From an uncultured bacterium (lineage in GTDB: Bacteria > Patescibacteriota > Minisyncoccia > Phycocordibacterales > UBA9973), in NCBI GenBank assembly GCA_903892035.1, contig CAITGV010000001.1, positions 291,310 to 355,309 on the forward strand: 64,000 nt of DNA, given 5' to 3'. This document shows positions 35,396 to 45,097 of the stretch, one piece after another. Position 1 is the first letter of the stretch. The number at the start of each line of letters is the position of its first letter. Position numbers and translations under genes: made by a program. Under the pieces are notes generated by a model that was given only the letters and a program-made list of their open reading frames with translations, ran no database searches and had not been told where the DNA came from.

Positions 35396-36367
35396 ATGAA
35401 GAAAAAAATTTATATCACGCGCAAGATACCTGAAGTTGGAATAAAAATGCTAAAGAAAAATGGTTTTGATATTGATATATATAAAGAAGAAAAACCACCA
35501 GCATATTCAAAAATCGTTTCAGTTTTAAAAAATAAAAAATATGACGGAGTTGTTTGTTTATTGACTGACAAGATTGATAAAAAAATATTTGAAATATCTC
35601 CTCAAACAAAAATTTTTGCAAATTATGCTGTAGGATATAACAATATTGATATAGTGGAAGCAAAAAATAGAAATATAGTTGTTACAAATGCCCCAGGGTC
35701 TCTCGACGGGGCAGTGGCTGAGCACGCATTAGCACTTTTGTTGTCTCTCACCACTCGCACTGTTGAAGGTGATAAATATTTAAGAAGTGGAAAATGGACA
35801 GGCTGGGGACCGATGCAACTTCTTGGTGAAAGTCTTTTTGGTAAAACCATAGGAATAGTTGGAGCGGGACACATAGGCTATGGTTTTGCCGAACTTTTAT
35901 ATAAAGCATTTAATTCAAAAATTTTATATTTTTCAAGTAAAAAAAATGAAAAATTTGAAATGAACTTTAAAGGAGAACAATGTACGACACTTGAAGATTT
36001 ATTAAAAAAATCTGATGTTGTAAGTATCCATGTTCCACTTGGTCCGACGACGCATCATCTTATAAATGCTAAAAATATAAAATTGATGAAGAAAAATGCA
36101 GTAATCATAAATACTTCTCGTGGTGCTGTCATAGATGAGAAGGCTTTGGTTAATGCTCTGAAAAATAAAAAAATTGCAGGAGCTGGGCTTGATGTTTTTG
36201 AATTTGAGCCAAAAATTACCCCTGGGCTTACAAAACTTTCAAATGTTGTCCTTACCCCACATATTGGTTCAGCTGAGAAAAATGCTCGAGATGAAATGTC
36301 GGTAATTGCTGCGCAGAATATAATTGATTTTTTTGCTGGTAAAACTCCTAACAATAAAGTTAATTAA
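35396..36367 (+). CDS. D-isomer-specific 2-hydroxyacid dehydrogenase (glycerate/hydroxypyruvate reductase-like)
   Basis: NAD-binding GIVGAGHIGYGFA and the catalytic region ...NTSRGAVID...PHIGSA. Confidence 0.75.
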   Translation: MKKKIYITRKIPEVGIKMLKKNGFDIDIYKEEKPPAYSKIVSVLKNKKYDGVVCLLTDKIDKKIFEISPQTKIFANYAVGYNNIDIVEAKNRNIVVTNAPGSLDGAVAEHALALLLSLTTRTVEGDKYLRSGKWTGWGPMQLLGESLFGKTIGIVGAGHIGYGFAELLYKAFNSKILYFSSKKNEKFEMNFKGEQCTTLEDLLKKSDVVSIHVPLGPTTHHLINAKNIKLMKKNAVIINTSRGAVIDEKALVNALKNKKIAGAGLDVFEFEPKITPGLTKLSNVVLTPHIGSAEKNARDEMSVIAAQNIIDFFAGKTPNNKVN

Positions 36368-36382
36368 TGCTATAATAAAAAA

Positions 36383-36763
36383 ATGGTAAGAAATGTAAAT
36401 AAAGAACATAAAGAAAGTCTTTCAACTTTAGACAAAGCTGCTATTTTTATCACAAAAATTGTTGGTACAATGTGGTGCGCTATTGCTTTTACAATTCTCG
36501 CCCTTATTAGTTTGCCCGAAGCAATACACAATGGCACTGCTACGACAATATCTTGGATTGCTCAGACTTTTTTACAATTGGTTTTGCTTTCGATAATTAT
36601 GGTGGGTCAAGATTTGCAGAGCAGGCATTCAGAGCTCCGTGCTGATGCAGATTATGAGACAAATATTGAATCAAAAAAAGATATTGAAAATTTGATGAAG
36701 CGTCTCGACAATATCGAAAAAGAAAAGCTCGACAAAATTATCGAACTTATAAATAAAAAATAA
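36383..36763 (+). CDS. hypothetical membrane protein (DUF1003-like?)
   Basis: 126 aa with two TMs followed by a charged tail. Confidence 0.35.
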   Translation: MVRNVNKEHKESLSTLDKAAIFITKIVGTMWCAIAFTILALISLPEAIHNGTATTISWIAQTFLQLVLLSIIMVGQDLQSRHSELRADADYETNIESKKDIENLMKRLDNIEKEKLDKIIELINKK

Positions 36764-36801
36764 AACTTGCAACAGTCTCAAAAGGTCTATAGTATAAAGA
36801 T

Positions 36802-37527
36802 ATGGTAGTCATTTTACTTTCAATAGCGACTTTTATATCGACTCTTATTGGGGGGCTTTTTTCTATAAAACATAAAGAACGTCTGCATAGTATTATGGGT
36901 TTTACTGCGGGAGTGTTATTGGGTGTGGTGAGTTTTGATATATTCCCTGAAATAATTAATGAGATAAAAATAAATAATTTTGATCCAATATACGCGATGA
37001 TTGCACTTGTGGTAGGTTTTTTGCTTTTTCACACTTTAGAAAAAATGATTGTTATTCATCATTCACACGAAGATGAATATGCTAATCATAAACATCCACA
37101 AGTTGGAGTGTTTTCTGCTCTAGCTTTGGCGGGGCACAGTTTTATGGATGGAGTGGGAATTGGTCTTGGTTTTCAAGTCAGCAATACTGTTGGAATTTTG
37201 GTTGCTATTGCAGTCATTGCGCACGATTTTACAGATGGTATGAATACTGTAGCTTTAATGCTTATAAATAAAAATACAGTAAAGAAAGCTAGGTACTTTT
37301 TACTCATAGATGCCCTTGCTCCACTTTTGGGTGCTTTAGCAACATTGTTATTTCACTTCTCAACACAATTTTTAGTTTTATACTTAGGATTTTTTGCTGG
37401 CTTTCTATTATATATCGGAGCATCTGACATTTTGCCTGAAGCACATAGCGAACATAGTTCTTGGAAAACCATTGTTCTTACTGCTTTCGGTGCATTATTA
37501 ATATTTATAATTACACGTTTTGTATAA
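36802..37527 (+). CDS. ZIP-family divalent metal transporter (ZupT-like)
   Basis: His-rich loop HHSHEDEYANHKHP and TM motifs GHSFMDGVGIGLGF / HDFTDG. Confidence 0.75.
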   Translation: MVVILLSIATFISTLIGGLFSIKHKERLHSIMGFTAGVLLGVVSFDIFPEIINEIKINNFDPIYAMIALVVGFLLFHTLEKMIVIHHSHEDEYANHKHPQVGVFSALALAGHSFMDGVGIGLGFQVSNTVGILVAIAVIAHDFTDGMNTVALMLINKNTVKKARYFLLIDALAPLLGALATLLFHFSTQFLVLYLGFFAGFLLYIGASDILPEAHSEHSSWKTIVLTAFGALLIFIITRFV

Positions 37528-37553
37528 AATATACACTATGGTATTCTAATAAT

Positions 37554-38555
37554 ATGATTAAAGCTACAATTGTTGTTGATTTGCAGTATGGGGACACAGC
37601 CAAGGGTAAGGTTACCCATGCTCTAGCAGGTAAAAATAAATATACCCACGTTCTTAGGTACAATGGTGGATGTAATGCGGGACATACTATTTTTCATAAG
37701 GGAAAAAAGTTTGTTACACATCATATTCCTGCAGGAGTTTTTTATGGAATAAAATCTGTAATTGGTCCTGGTTGTGTAGTTGACGTTGACCGTTTTTTAG
37801 AAGAAATACAGGATTTAAATAAAGGTGGAGTAAAAACCAAAGGTAAAATTTTTATAGCAAATAATACACATATCATTACAGATGCTCATAGGAAAGAAGA
37901 TGCAGGAGATATAAAAATTGGCACAACAAAGCGTGGCAATGGACAGGCTTATCGAGATAAATATGATCGCATTGGAGTTCGTGCTGAAAGTGTAAAAGCT
38001 TTGAAGCCTTATCTTATAGATTTGTATAAAGAATTTTACGGTAAAAAAGATGTAAACATTTTGTGTGAAGGTGCTCAAGGTTTTGGCCTAGATATTGATT
38101 GGGGAGATTATCCATTTGTAACTTCAAGTCACTGTAGTGTGGCGGGGGCTTTGCAAAATGGTATTCCTTACAGTGGTGTGCGTGAAGTTTGGGGTATAGC
38201 AAAAATTTACGAAACTTATGTAGGTTTGAAAAAATTTGAACCAAAAGAAGAAGTATTTCAAAAAATCAGAAATTTTGGTGAAGAATATGGAGCAACTACT
38301 GGGCGTCCTCGACAGTGTAATTGGATGGATATAAATCTTCTTGAAAAAGCTGCACAAATGAATGGCGTGACACACGTTGTTTTTAGTAAAATGGATGTGC
38401 TTCGTCAAGTAAGCACATGGGCAATTCGTGATGGTAAGAAAAAAGTTTCATTTTCAAATGAAAAATTAATGAAAGCTTATATTGTGACTCGCCTAGGTAA
38501 ACTAGGTATTAAAAAACAAAATATATTTTTCTCTGAGAGAAAGGATCAAATTTAG
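37554..38555 (+). CDS. purA: adenylosuccinate synthetase, short (archaeal-type, ~333 aa)
   Basis: ...VVDLQYGDTAKGKV... (GDEGKGK P-loop), NAGHT and later GTTKRGNGQAY. The start was set at MIKATIVV (37554). Confidence 0.7.
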   Translation: MIKATIVVDLQYGDTAKGKVTHALAGKNKYTHVLRYNGGCNAGHTIFHKGKKFVTHHIPAGVFYGIKSVIGPGCVVDVDRFLEEIQDLNKGGVKTKGKIFIANNTHIITDAHRKEDAGDIKIGTTKRGNGQAYRDKYDRIGVRAESVKALKPYLIDLYKEFYGKKDVNILCEGAQGFGLDIDWGDYPFVTSSHCSVAGALQNGIPYSGVREVWGIAKIYETYVGLKKFEPKEEVFQKIRNFGEEYGATTGRPRQCNWMDINLLEKAAQMNGVTHVVFSKMDVLRQVSTWAIRDGKKKVSFSNEKLMKAYIVTRLGKLGIKKQNIFFSERKDQI

Positions 38556-38640
38556 TGTGTGTATAAGTAGTGAGCTACTATTTTGGTAATTTGGTATAAT
38601 ACTTTTATTACCAGTTAATTTAATCTACTTTAGAATATAT

Positions 38641-38931
38641 ATGAAAACACAAAAAGGAAATGCGCTTATTGTCATAATAGTGATAATCGCAATTATAGTT
38701 TTAGCATTTTTGATATTTGGCAAGGGTTCGAGTACTCCGGCACCAGTGGCTGAAAATAACACTCCAAATACACAAATACCAGTAACTCCACCTGTAAACA
38801 ATACTATGGGTGGTACAGCATCTGTTGATCAAGATTTAAGTACACTTGATTCAAACCTAAGTGGTCTTACTAAAGATCAGGCAAGTATTGATGCAAGCCT
38901 AAATGATAAAGCCACAGTTATTCCTCAATAA
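38641..38931 (+). CDS. small membrane-anchored hypothetical protein
   Basis: 96 aa with an N-terminal TM and a Pro/Thr/Asn-rich tail. Confidence 0.3.
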   Translation: MKTQKGNALIVIIVIIAIIVLAFLIFGKGSSTPAPVAENNTPNTQIPVTPPVNNTMGGTASVDQDLSTLDSNLSGLTKDQASIDASLNDKATVIPQ

Positions 38932-38995
38932 TTGTAAGGTTTAGTTAGTGTAAACGTCTCAAATAGTGTGTATTAATAGTTAATTAAAATCTTTT

Positions 38996-39793
38996 ATGAA
39001 AAATACTTATACAAAAATATTTATTGGTTTGAGCACCTTAGCTATTGTTGCTTTGGTGATGCCTACTCATTATTCTTTTGCAAAAACAACAGCCGGAGCA
39101 AAAGCTGAAACAGCAAAACAAACAAGAGTTACAAATTTAAAAACAAAAGCAGATACAGAAATCGACCGTCGCGTAAAATCAATCAATGATTTATTGACTC
39201 GATTGGGTGAAGTTAAAAAGCTTTCTGATACAGAGAAGACATCTTTAAATGCAACTTTACAAGATGCTCTTACAAAGCTAAACGATTTAAAAACAAAGCT
39301 TGATTCTGATACTGATTTAACTACACTTCAGGCAGATCGCAAGGCAATTATGGATCAATATCGTGTTTATATGCTCTTGCTTCCTCAGAGTCGCATAATT
39401 GCTACCGCTGATGGTGTAGATACAAATGCTGATCTTTTGACTGGAATGGTTACAAAATTACAAGCAAAAATTTTAACAGTTCCAGCTGGTACTGATGCTA
39501 CGGCAATGAATGCTTCTATTGCAGATATGCAAACTCAAATTACAACTGCAAAAGCAAAATCAGATTCTGCAAAAAGTGCAGTTGCGGGTCTTGTGCCAGA
39601 TGGGGGAGACAAAGCGAAATCTGCTACCAATACTGCTGCATTAAAAAGTGCAAAAGATATGTTAAAAACTGCAATGGCAGATTTACAAGCTGCACGAAAA
39701 GATGCCTCATCTGTACGTGATGCTTTGAAAAAAGCTGGCGTGGTGACATCTGATACAAAAGTTCCAAATGCAGGTACTGATTCAAATAAATAA
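38996..39793 (+). CDS. secreted alpha-helical repeat protein (hypothetical)
   Basis: Signal peptide followed by repetitive Thr/Ala/Lys/Asp-rich helical heptads. Confidence 0.4.
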   Translation: MKNTYTKIFIGLSTLAIVALVMPTHYSFAKTTAGAKAETAKQTRVTNLKTKADTEIDRRVKSINDLLTRLGEVKKLSDTEKTSLNATLQDALTKLNDLKTKLDSDTDLTTLQADRKAIMDQYRVYMLLLPQSRIIATADGVDTNADLLTGMVTKLQAKILTVPAGTDATAMNASIADMQTQITTAKAKSDSAKSAVAGLVPDGGDKAKSATNTAALKSAKDMLKTAMADLQAARKDASSVRDALKKAGVVTSDTKVPNAGTDSNK

Positions 39794-39805
39794 CTAAATT
39801 AATTT

Positions 39806-39836
39806 AAAAAATGGCCCATTTGGGCCATTTTTTATT
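39806..39836 (+). terminator. rho-independent terminator
   Basis: aaaaatggccca-ttt-gggccatttttt. Confidence 0.65.
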
Positions 39837-39874
39837 TATTCACAAATAAAAATGTAAATGCTATAATAGATGTA

Positions 39875-40042
39875 TGAGTTTAACAACAATTTGGAGTGAT
39901 ATATCTACTCATATTAGTAACCTAGGTTATGTAACTTTTGCAGTGCTTGTCATTATCGACATAGTGCTTTGGAAAGTGCATCCAGTTCTAGGTACAATAG
40001 GAGCGCTCATCATCTTCGCATTAATTACTGGCCTTATATAAC
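39875..40042 (+). CDS. small hypothetical membrane protein (55 aa; below the ORF-track cutoff)
   Basis: ATG...TAA in frame, translating MSLTTIWSDISTHISNLGYVTFAVLVIIDIVLWKVHPVLGTIGALIIFALITGLI. Confidence 0.2.
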
Positions 40043-40084
40043 AAAAGGTAAATTTATACGCAGTTTTTTGCGTGCTATTTTTCT

Positions 40085-40993
40085 GTGAATTCAAATATAA
40101 ATATAACTAAAAAAAGTGCAGACTATGAACTTTTAGATTCTGGAAATGCAAAAAAACTTGAACGTTTTGGTAAATACGTCTTGTCTCGACCTGATCCTGA
40201 AGCTCTTTGGGAAAAAAATCTACCTGAAAGTGTTTGGCAAAATGCTGATGCTTTTTTTACTAGAAAAGGCACAACAGTTTCTTGGAAAATAAAACCTGAA
40301 GTTCCAAAATTTTGGGTGATGGATTATGAAGGATTAAAATTTGAAATTCGCCCGACATCATTTAAACACGTGGGACTTTTTCCAGAGCAATCTGAAAATT
40401 GGAAATGGATGGAAAAAGCTATTTACGGCGGAAAGAGGCAAGACCTTAAGGGAGTCCAAGGTCTTGCCTCGGGGAGCCGACCCAAAGTATTAAATCTCTT
40501 CGGTTACACTGGCGGAGCGACTTTGGCTTGTGCACGCGCGGGAGCGGAGGTAACGCATGTAGATGGTAGCAAGACTGCTGTTGCTTGGGCTAGAAAAAAT
40601 GCTGAACTTTCAGGACTTTCCGAAAAAGTAATTCATTGGGTAATAGAGGATGCGATGGCTTTTGTAAAAAGGGAAGTAAAGAGGGGAAATAAATATGATG
40701 CGATACTTATGGATCCACCATCGTTTGGTCACGGTCCAAAAGATGAGCTTTGGAAAATCGAGGAACATTTTTTGGAATTGATGTCACTTTCAAAACAACT
40801 TTTATCTGATACACCTGTTTTCTTTTTGATAAATGGTTACACTGCTGGTTATTCTCCAGTGGCCTATATGAATAGCTTGCTTTCAATAAAAGACCAACAT
40901 AAAGGTTCAATTGAAATTGGTGAACTTACCATTGCAGAAACAAATAGCGAGCGTCTTCTACCAGCAGGAATATTTGCAAGGTGGAGTAAATAA
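40085..40993 (+). CDS. class I SAM-dependent RNA methyltransferase (RlmI/RlmK-like)
   Basis: LNLFGYTGGATLACARAGA.VTHVD and ...ILMDPPSFGHGPK motifs. Confidence 0.55.
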   Translation: MNSNINITKKSADYELLDSGNAKKLERFGKYVLSRPDPEALWEKNLPESVWQNADAFFTRKGTTVSWKIKPEVPKFWVMDYEGLKFEIRPTSFKHVGLFPEQSENWKWMEKAIYGGKRQDLKGVQGLASGSRPKVLNLFGYTGGATLACARAGAEVTHVDGSKTAVAWARKNAELSGLSEKVIHWVIEDAMAFVKREVKRGNKYDAILMDPPSFGHGPKDELWKIEEHFLELMSLSKQLLSDTPVFFLINGYTAGYSPVAYMNSLLSIKDQHKGSIEIGELTIAETNSERLLPAGIFARWSK

Positions 40994-41004
40994 ATACAAC
41001 CCAT

Positions 41005-41105
41005 CCGCCCTTCGGGCACCTTCCCTTATCAAGGAAGGTAACTGCTGGCGAGTTTTTGTATTTGCATTTATTCCCCCTGATAAGGGGGTTAGGGGGATGT
41101 ATTTA
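41005..41105. repeat. cluster of short GC-rich hairpins (UUCG tetraloop stem; stems with GATAAG-type loops)
   Basis: gccc-ttcg-ggc; ccttcc-cttatcaa-ggaagg; ccccc-tgataa-ggggg. Confidence 0.3.
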
Positions 41106-41213
41106 TATTGATTTTAAAGGCTAAATTTCATTTTGGCTTGACTTTTGACATTAAAAGTGCTATACTACTAAAAAATAAAGGCGACCCGCCTGTCAGGGTT
41201 TAATAATAAAAAA

Positions 41214-41576
41214 ATGGTAACTGAATTTGTAGAATTATTCGTTAAATTAGCATTCCTCGTATTGTGCGGTGCTATGCTTCCAGCCTTGACTGGAAGATTT
41301 CCTGGAACATTCTTGGTCTTTGCATTTGACCCAGAAAGAAATTATGCCAGAAGACGTGAAATCATGGTTAATGTGTGCATGGTTTTAGGTTTAGTGTTAG
41401 TGTTTCCGATGCTCAATGCATTTTATAAGGAGATACCAACAACAACATTTACAGAATACCTTTCACCGTCATGCTGTATTCCGTATTTGTTATCGCTTGC
41501 ATTATGCATTGCAGGTGGCATTCTGAGCATTATTGCTTTCAATAAAACAGACTTAAAGGGATTTCTCTTTATGTAA
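41214..41576 (+). CDS. hypothetical membrane protein
   Basis: 120 aa with 3-4 TMs. Confidence 0.35.
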   Translation: MVTEFVELFVKLAFLVLCGAMLPALTGRFPGTFLVFAFDPERNYARRREIMVNVCMVLGLVLVFPMLNAFYKEIPTTTFTEYLSPSCCIPYLLSLALCIAGGILSIIAFNKTDLKGFLFM

Positions 41577-41591
41577 AGTACTTAGTTTAGA

Positions 41592-41620
41592 AAAGTCTCC
41601 CAATAGGGGGACTTTTTTTA
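41592..41620 (+). terminator. rho-independent terminator
   Basis: gtctccc-aata-gggggac followed by a T7 run. Confidence 0.55.
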
Positions 41621-41638
41621 TTGCTCATTTTTGATACA

Positions 41639-42232
41639 ATGGGGTTATTAATAATTAATTTTTTAAATGTTATGAGTAAAAAGGGTATTGAAGAGGGAGC
41701 AAGTTGGAAAACAATAGTTTCTTTTATTGTATTATTTGTGGTTGTTGGAGTGGGAATTTATTTTGGAATTAAAAGTCAGGTGCAAATAAATAATCCTGTA
41801 ACACCTATAGATACTACACAAAAAATAGCAGACACAAATATTCCACCAAAACCTGAAATAAAAACTCCTGACATAAAAAAACCTATGGACAATACAAAAA
41901 CAAGTGCATCCGGTTTACAAACTACAATACTTAAAGAAGGTACAGGGGCAGTAGCCACAGCAGGTCACAAAGTAGACGTGCTTTATAAAGGAATGTTTGC
42001 TGATGGAAAAGTATTTGATTCGAGCCTAGATCCTAGTAAACCATTTGAATTTCCTTTAGGTGCAGGGCAAGTGATAAAAGGTTGGGATGAAGGTATTGCT
42101 GGAATGAAAGTTGGTGAAAAGGTTAAACTGGTAATTCCATCTGATTTGGCATATGGAGCTGGTGGTTATCCTCCAGTTATTCCTCCAAATTCAAATCTTA
42201 CTTTCGAGGTTGAACTTCTCGCAGTAAAATAA
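41639..42232 (+). CDS. membrane-anchored FKBP-type peptidyl-prolyl cis-trans isomerase
   Basis: N-terminal TM followed by an FKBP domain (...[18 protein letters not shown]...[15 protein letters not shown]...LTFEVELL). The start is ambiguous (41639 or 41672). Confidence 0.7.
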   Translation: MGLLIINFLNVMSKKGIEEGASWKTIVSFIVLFVVVGVGIYFGIKSQVQINNPVTPIDTTQKIADTNIPPKPEIKTPDIKKPMDNTKTSASGLQTTILKEGTGAVATAGHKVDVLYKGMFADGKVFDSSLDPSKPFEFPLGAGQVIKGWDEGIAGMKVGEKVKLVIPSDLAYGAGGYPPVIPPNSNLTFEVELLAVK

Positions 42233-42268
42233 TTGTAATAATTATCAATTTAGTGCGTCTTTATATTT

Positions 42269-43066
42269 ATGAATGAAATAATGCAAAACAAAAGTGTTGT
42301 TCGATTAGTTTCTCTTTTACTTATAATTTTATCAGTGTATTTCGTCGTGATGTCTATCAATGAAATAAAGACATCGAAATTTATTGGTGGGGGAGTTGCT
42401 CCTTCAAATACAATGTCTTTCGACGGAAAAGGTGAAGTGAAGGCAAGTCCAGATATTGCAAATGTATCTTTTACGGTTGAGGCTGATTCTGCTTTAGTAA
42501 AAGATGCACAAACAAATGTTACAGAAAAAATGGCAAAAGCTCTCGCAATGATTTCATCAAATGGAATTTTGAAGAGTGACATTAAAACAGAAAATTATAG
42601 TTCATATCCAAAATATAGTAATAGTATTCCTTGTTATGGTGGGTTGGGTATGCCTTGCAGAAATGAGCCTACGGTTATCGGTTATACAGTCAGTCAAAAT
42701 GTTACTGTAAAAATTAGAAATTTGGATAATGTTGGAAAGGTTCTACAAGGACTTGGCGACCTAAATGTTACAAATATTTCAGGTCCAAATTTTGCAATTG
42801 ATAATGAAGATAGTTTAAAAATTGAAGCTCGCACAAAAGCTATTTCTGATGCAGAAGCAAAAGCAACAGAGCTTGCAAAAGAGCTTGGTGTAAACTTGGT
42901 TCGCATTGTAAATTTCTCTGAAAATGGAAATGGAGTAATGCCTATGTATGCAAAAAGTATGATGGCGGGAGCTACCGCAGATATAGCACAAGCTCCTACA
43001 CCAGATGTTCCAGCAGGGCAAAATACTATTACTTCAAACGTTACTATTACGTACGAAATCAGATAA
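42269..43066 (+). CDS. SIMPL-domain protein (DUF541)
   Basis: ...GEVKASPDIANVSFTVEADSALVKDAQ... is the SIMPL pattern. N-terminal TM/signal. Confidence 0.65.
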   Translation: MNEIMQNKSVVRLVSLLLIILSVYFVVMSINEIKTSKFIGGGVAPSNTMSFDGKGEVKASPDIANVSFTVEADSALVKDAQTNVTEKMAKALAMISSNGILKSDIKTENYSSYPKYSNSIPCYGGLGMPCRNEPTVIGYTVSQNVTVKIRNLDNVGKVLQGLGDLNVTNISGPNFAIDNEDSLKIEARTKAISDAEAKATELAKELGVNLVRIVNFSENGNGVMPMYAKSMMAGATADIAQAPTPDVPAGQNTITSNVTITYEIR

Positions 43067-43186
43067 CCACCACCCCCTGCCCCCTCCTCGATAAGGAGGG
43101 GGAAAACAGGGTTGAGTTGACTTTCTTGCATTAAAGGAGTATCTTATAGGTAAGCCCCACGGGGTGGTTTTTTATAAGGAAAATAT

Positions 43187-43372
43187 ATGTCAAATATCAC
43201 TGAATACTTCAAAGAAACAAAAGGGGAATTGAAACACGTCAATTGGCCTACACGAAAGCAGACTGTGCTTTTCACTCTTTTTGTTATTCTCGTTTCTTTT
43301 TTTATAGCCTATATGTTGGGCTTATTTGACTACATCTTTAGCGCAGGCTTAACAAAACTTTTAGGTAGATAA
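43187..43372 (+). CDS. secE: preprotein translocase subunit SecE
   Basis: 61 aa, ...ETKGELKHVNWPTRKQ... plus one TM, immediately upstream of nusG. Confidence 0.75.
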   Translation: MSNITEYFKETKGELKHVNWPTRKQTVLFTLFVILVSFFIAYMLGLFDYIFSAGLTKLLGR

Positions 43373-43378
43373 AATATT

Positions 43379-43927
43379 ATGGCTAAACAAGAAATAGCAC
43401 CAGAGAGAAATTGGTACGCGATCCACACTTATGCTGGATATGAAAACGCAGTTATGCGTAATTTAAAACAGCGTATTGATTCACTCAATATGAATGATAA
43501 AATTTTCAACGTTATCGTTCCTGTTGAAAAGAAAATTAAAATCAAAGGTGGTAAGCGTGTAGAGTCTGAAGAAAAAATTTATCCGGGTTATGTACTAGTA
43601 GATATGGTTGTTACAGATGATTCTTGGTACGTAGTTCGTAATACTCCACGTGTTACAGGTTTCGTGGGAGCAGGAGTAAATCCAGTTCCATTGGAGAAGA
43701 AAGAAGTTGATATGCTTTTCAAGAATATGGATACAGAGCAGACAGCAAAACATACTATCGATTTATCAATTGGGGAGCTTGTGCTCATCTCAGACGGTCC
43801 GTTTAAGGAGCTTGAGGGCAAGGTTTCAGAGGTTGATAAGGATCGAGGTAAAGTTAAAGTTTTAGTGTCTATGTTTGGACGCGAAACACCAGTCGAATTG
43901 GACTTCTTGCAAGTTCACAAAATATAA
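43379..43927 (+). CDS. nusG: transcription termination/antitermination factor NusG
   Basis: NGN domain (WYAIHTYAGYEN) and a KOW domain. Confidence 0.85.
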   Translation: MAKQEIAPERNWYAIHTYAGYENAVMRNLKQRIDSLNMNDKIFNVIVPVEKKIKIKGGKRVESEEKIYPGYVLVDMVVTDDSWYVVRNTPRVTGFVGAGVNPVPLEKKEVDMLFKNMDTEQTAKHTIDLSIGELVLISDGPFKELEGKVSEVDKDRGKVKVLVSMFGRETPVELDFLQVHKI

Positions 43928-43944
43928 GGTAATCTAGAGACTCT

Positions 43945-44370
43945 ATGGCAAAAAAGATAACAAAGAAATTAAGACTAAATATTCCAGCAGGTAAAGCAAC
44001 TCCTGCTCCACCATTGGGCCCTGCTTTGGGTCAGGCTGGTGTTAACATCGGGGATTTCGTTACAAAGTTCAATGCAGCGACTTCAAAGATGATGGGTGAG
44101 ACCGTAGGTGTGATTTTGACAGTTTATGAGGATCGCACATATGAATTTGCTCTCAAAACTCCACCAGTAGCAGGTTTAATATTTAAAGCAGCTGGCGTGG
44201 AAAAAGGTTCAGGAAAGCCAAATACTTCAAAAGCTGGAAAGATAAGTAAAGCACAACTTAAAGAAATCGCAGAAAAGAAGTTGGTAGACCTAAACGCAAA
44301 AGACATCACTGGGGCAATGAATATCGTAGCAGGTAGTGCTCGCTCAGCAGGTATTGAAATTAAAGACTAA
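43945..44370 (+). CDS. rplK: 50S ribosomal protein L11
   Basis: ...PAGKATPAPPLGPALGQAGVNI... L11 signature. Confidence 0.9.
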   Translation: MAKKITKKLRLNIPAGKATPAPPLGPALGQAGVNIGDFVTKFNAATSKMMGETVGVILTVYEDRTYEFALKTPPVAGLIFKAAGVEKGSGKPNTSKAGKISKAQLKEIAEKKLVDLNAKDITGAMNIVAGSARSAGIEIKD

Positions 44371-44377
44371 ACAAAAT

Positions 44378-44416
44378 AAAAAACACTCCATTCGTGGAGT
44401 GTTTTTTATTTTTTAT
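44378..44416 (+). terminator. rho-independent terminator after rplK
   Basis: acactccattcgtggagtgt followed by a long T-run. Confidence 0.7.
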
Positions 44417-44434
44417 TAATATTAGTTAAAAATT

Positions 44435-45097
44435 ATGGATGAATTAAAACCTAAAGATCAAAAAAAAGTTTTCATTTGTTTGGTTATTTATATTACTGCT
44501 CTCATTGCTTCAAACACTCTTGGAATAAAAGTAATGCCTTTCTTTTTTGGAACTCATCTGTCTGTTTCTGTTTTTTATTTCCCTTTTGTATTTATAATGA
44601 CAGATGTTATCGGGGAAGTGTATGGCAGAGCTTTAGCAAAAAAGTTTGTGATGGCTGGGTGTATTGCTGTGATAGCTTTTATGATTTTCAATATTATTTC
44701 TGTGCTGATGCCTTGGTCAGGGGCGGGTATGTGGGCGCATGATTCTTACAATACTCTGTATTCTGTTTCTATTCGTGTTTCTATCGCTTCAGTACTAGCT
44801 TTTATTATTGGTGAATACCAGGATGTTTTAGCTTTCTTCTTTTTTAAGGCTAAAACGGGTGGTAAGCATTTTTGGCTCCGATCAAATCTTTCAAATGTCT
44901 GGTCACAATTTTTAGACACTGTGATTTTTATGGTTGTAGCATTTGCGGGGATTTATCCTACTCATACGTTGATTCTTATAATTATTCCTTGGTGGATATA
45001 TAAAATTCTTATGGGTATTGCATACACTCCACTTTCGTACTTAGGTATAAGAATGCTACGTGGTAAAAATGAAAATCTTGAAAACAAACAAGCATAA
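44435..45097 (+). CDS. queuosine-precursor transporter family protein (YhhQ/DUF165)
   Basis: ...FPFVFIMTDVIGEVYGRALAKK... is the COG1738 signature, with 6 TMs. Confidence 0.6.
   Translation: MDELKPKDQKKVFICLVIYITALIASNTLGIKVMPFFFGTHLSVSVFYFPFVFIMTDVIGEVYGRALAKKFVMAGCIAVIAFMIFNIISVLMPWSGAGMWAHDSYNTLYSVSIRVSIASVLAFIIGEYQDVLAFFFFKAKTGGKHFWLRSNLSNVWSQFLDTVIFMVVAFAGIYPTHTLILIIIPWWIYKILMGIAYTPLSYLGIRMLRGKNENLENKQA

Noticed and set aside
37461-37553. N-terminal extension of the purA ORF.
   Set aside because: It overlaps the end of the ZIP transporter gene and translates to a Cys/Tyr/Asn-rich junk sequence. The conserved PurA N-terminus starts at 37554.
43067-43186. Possible ribosomal-protein leader or L1-binding element upstream of secE-nusG-rplK.
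   Set aside because: Only a GC hairpin (ccccctcc-tcgataa-ggaggggg) and a short ccac-ggg-gtgg stem are visible. rplK follows nusG with no intervening L11/L1 leader, and rplA is absent after rplK. No mimic of the L1 binding site can be supported.
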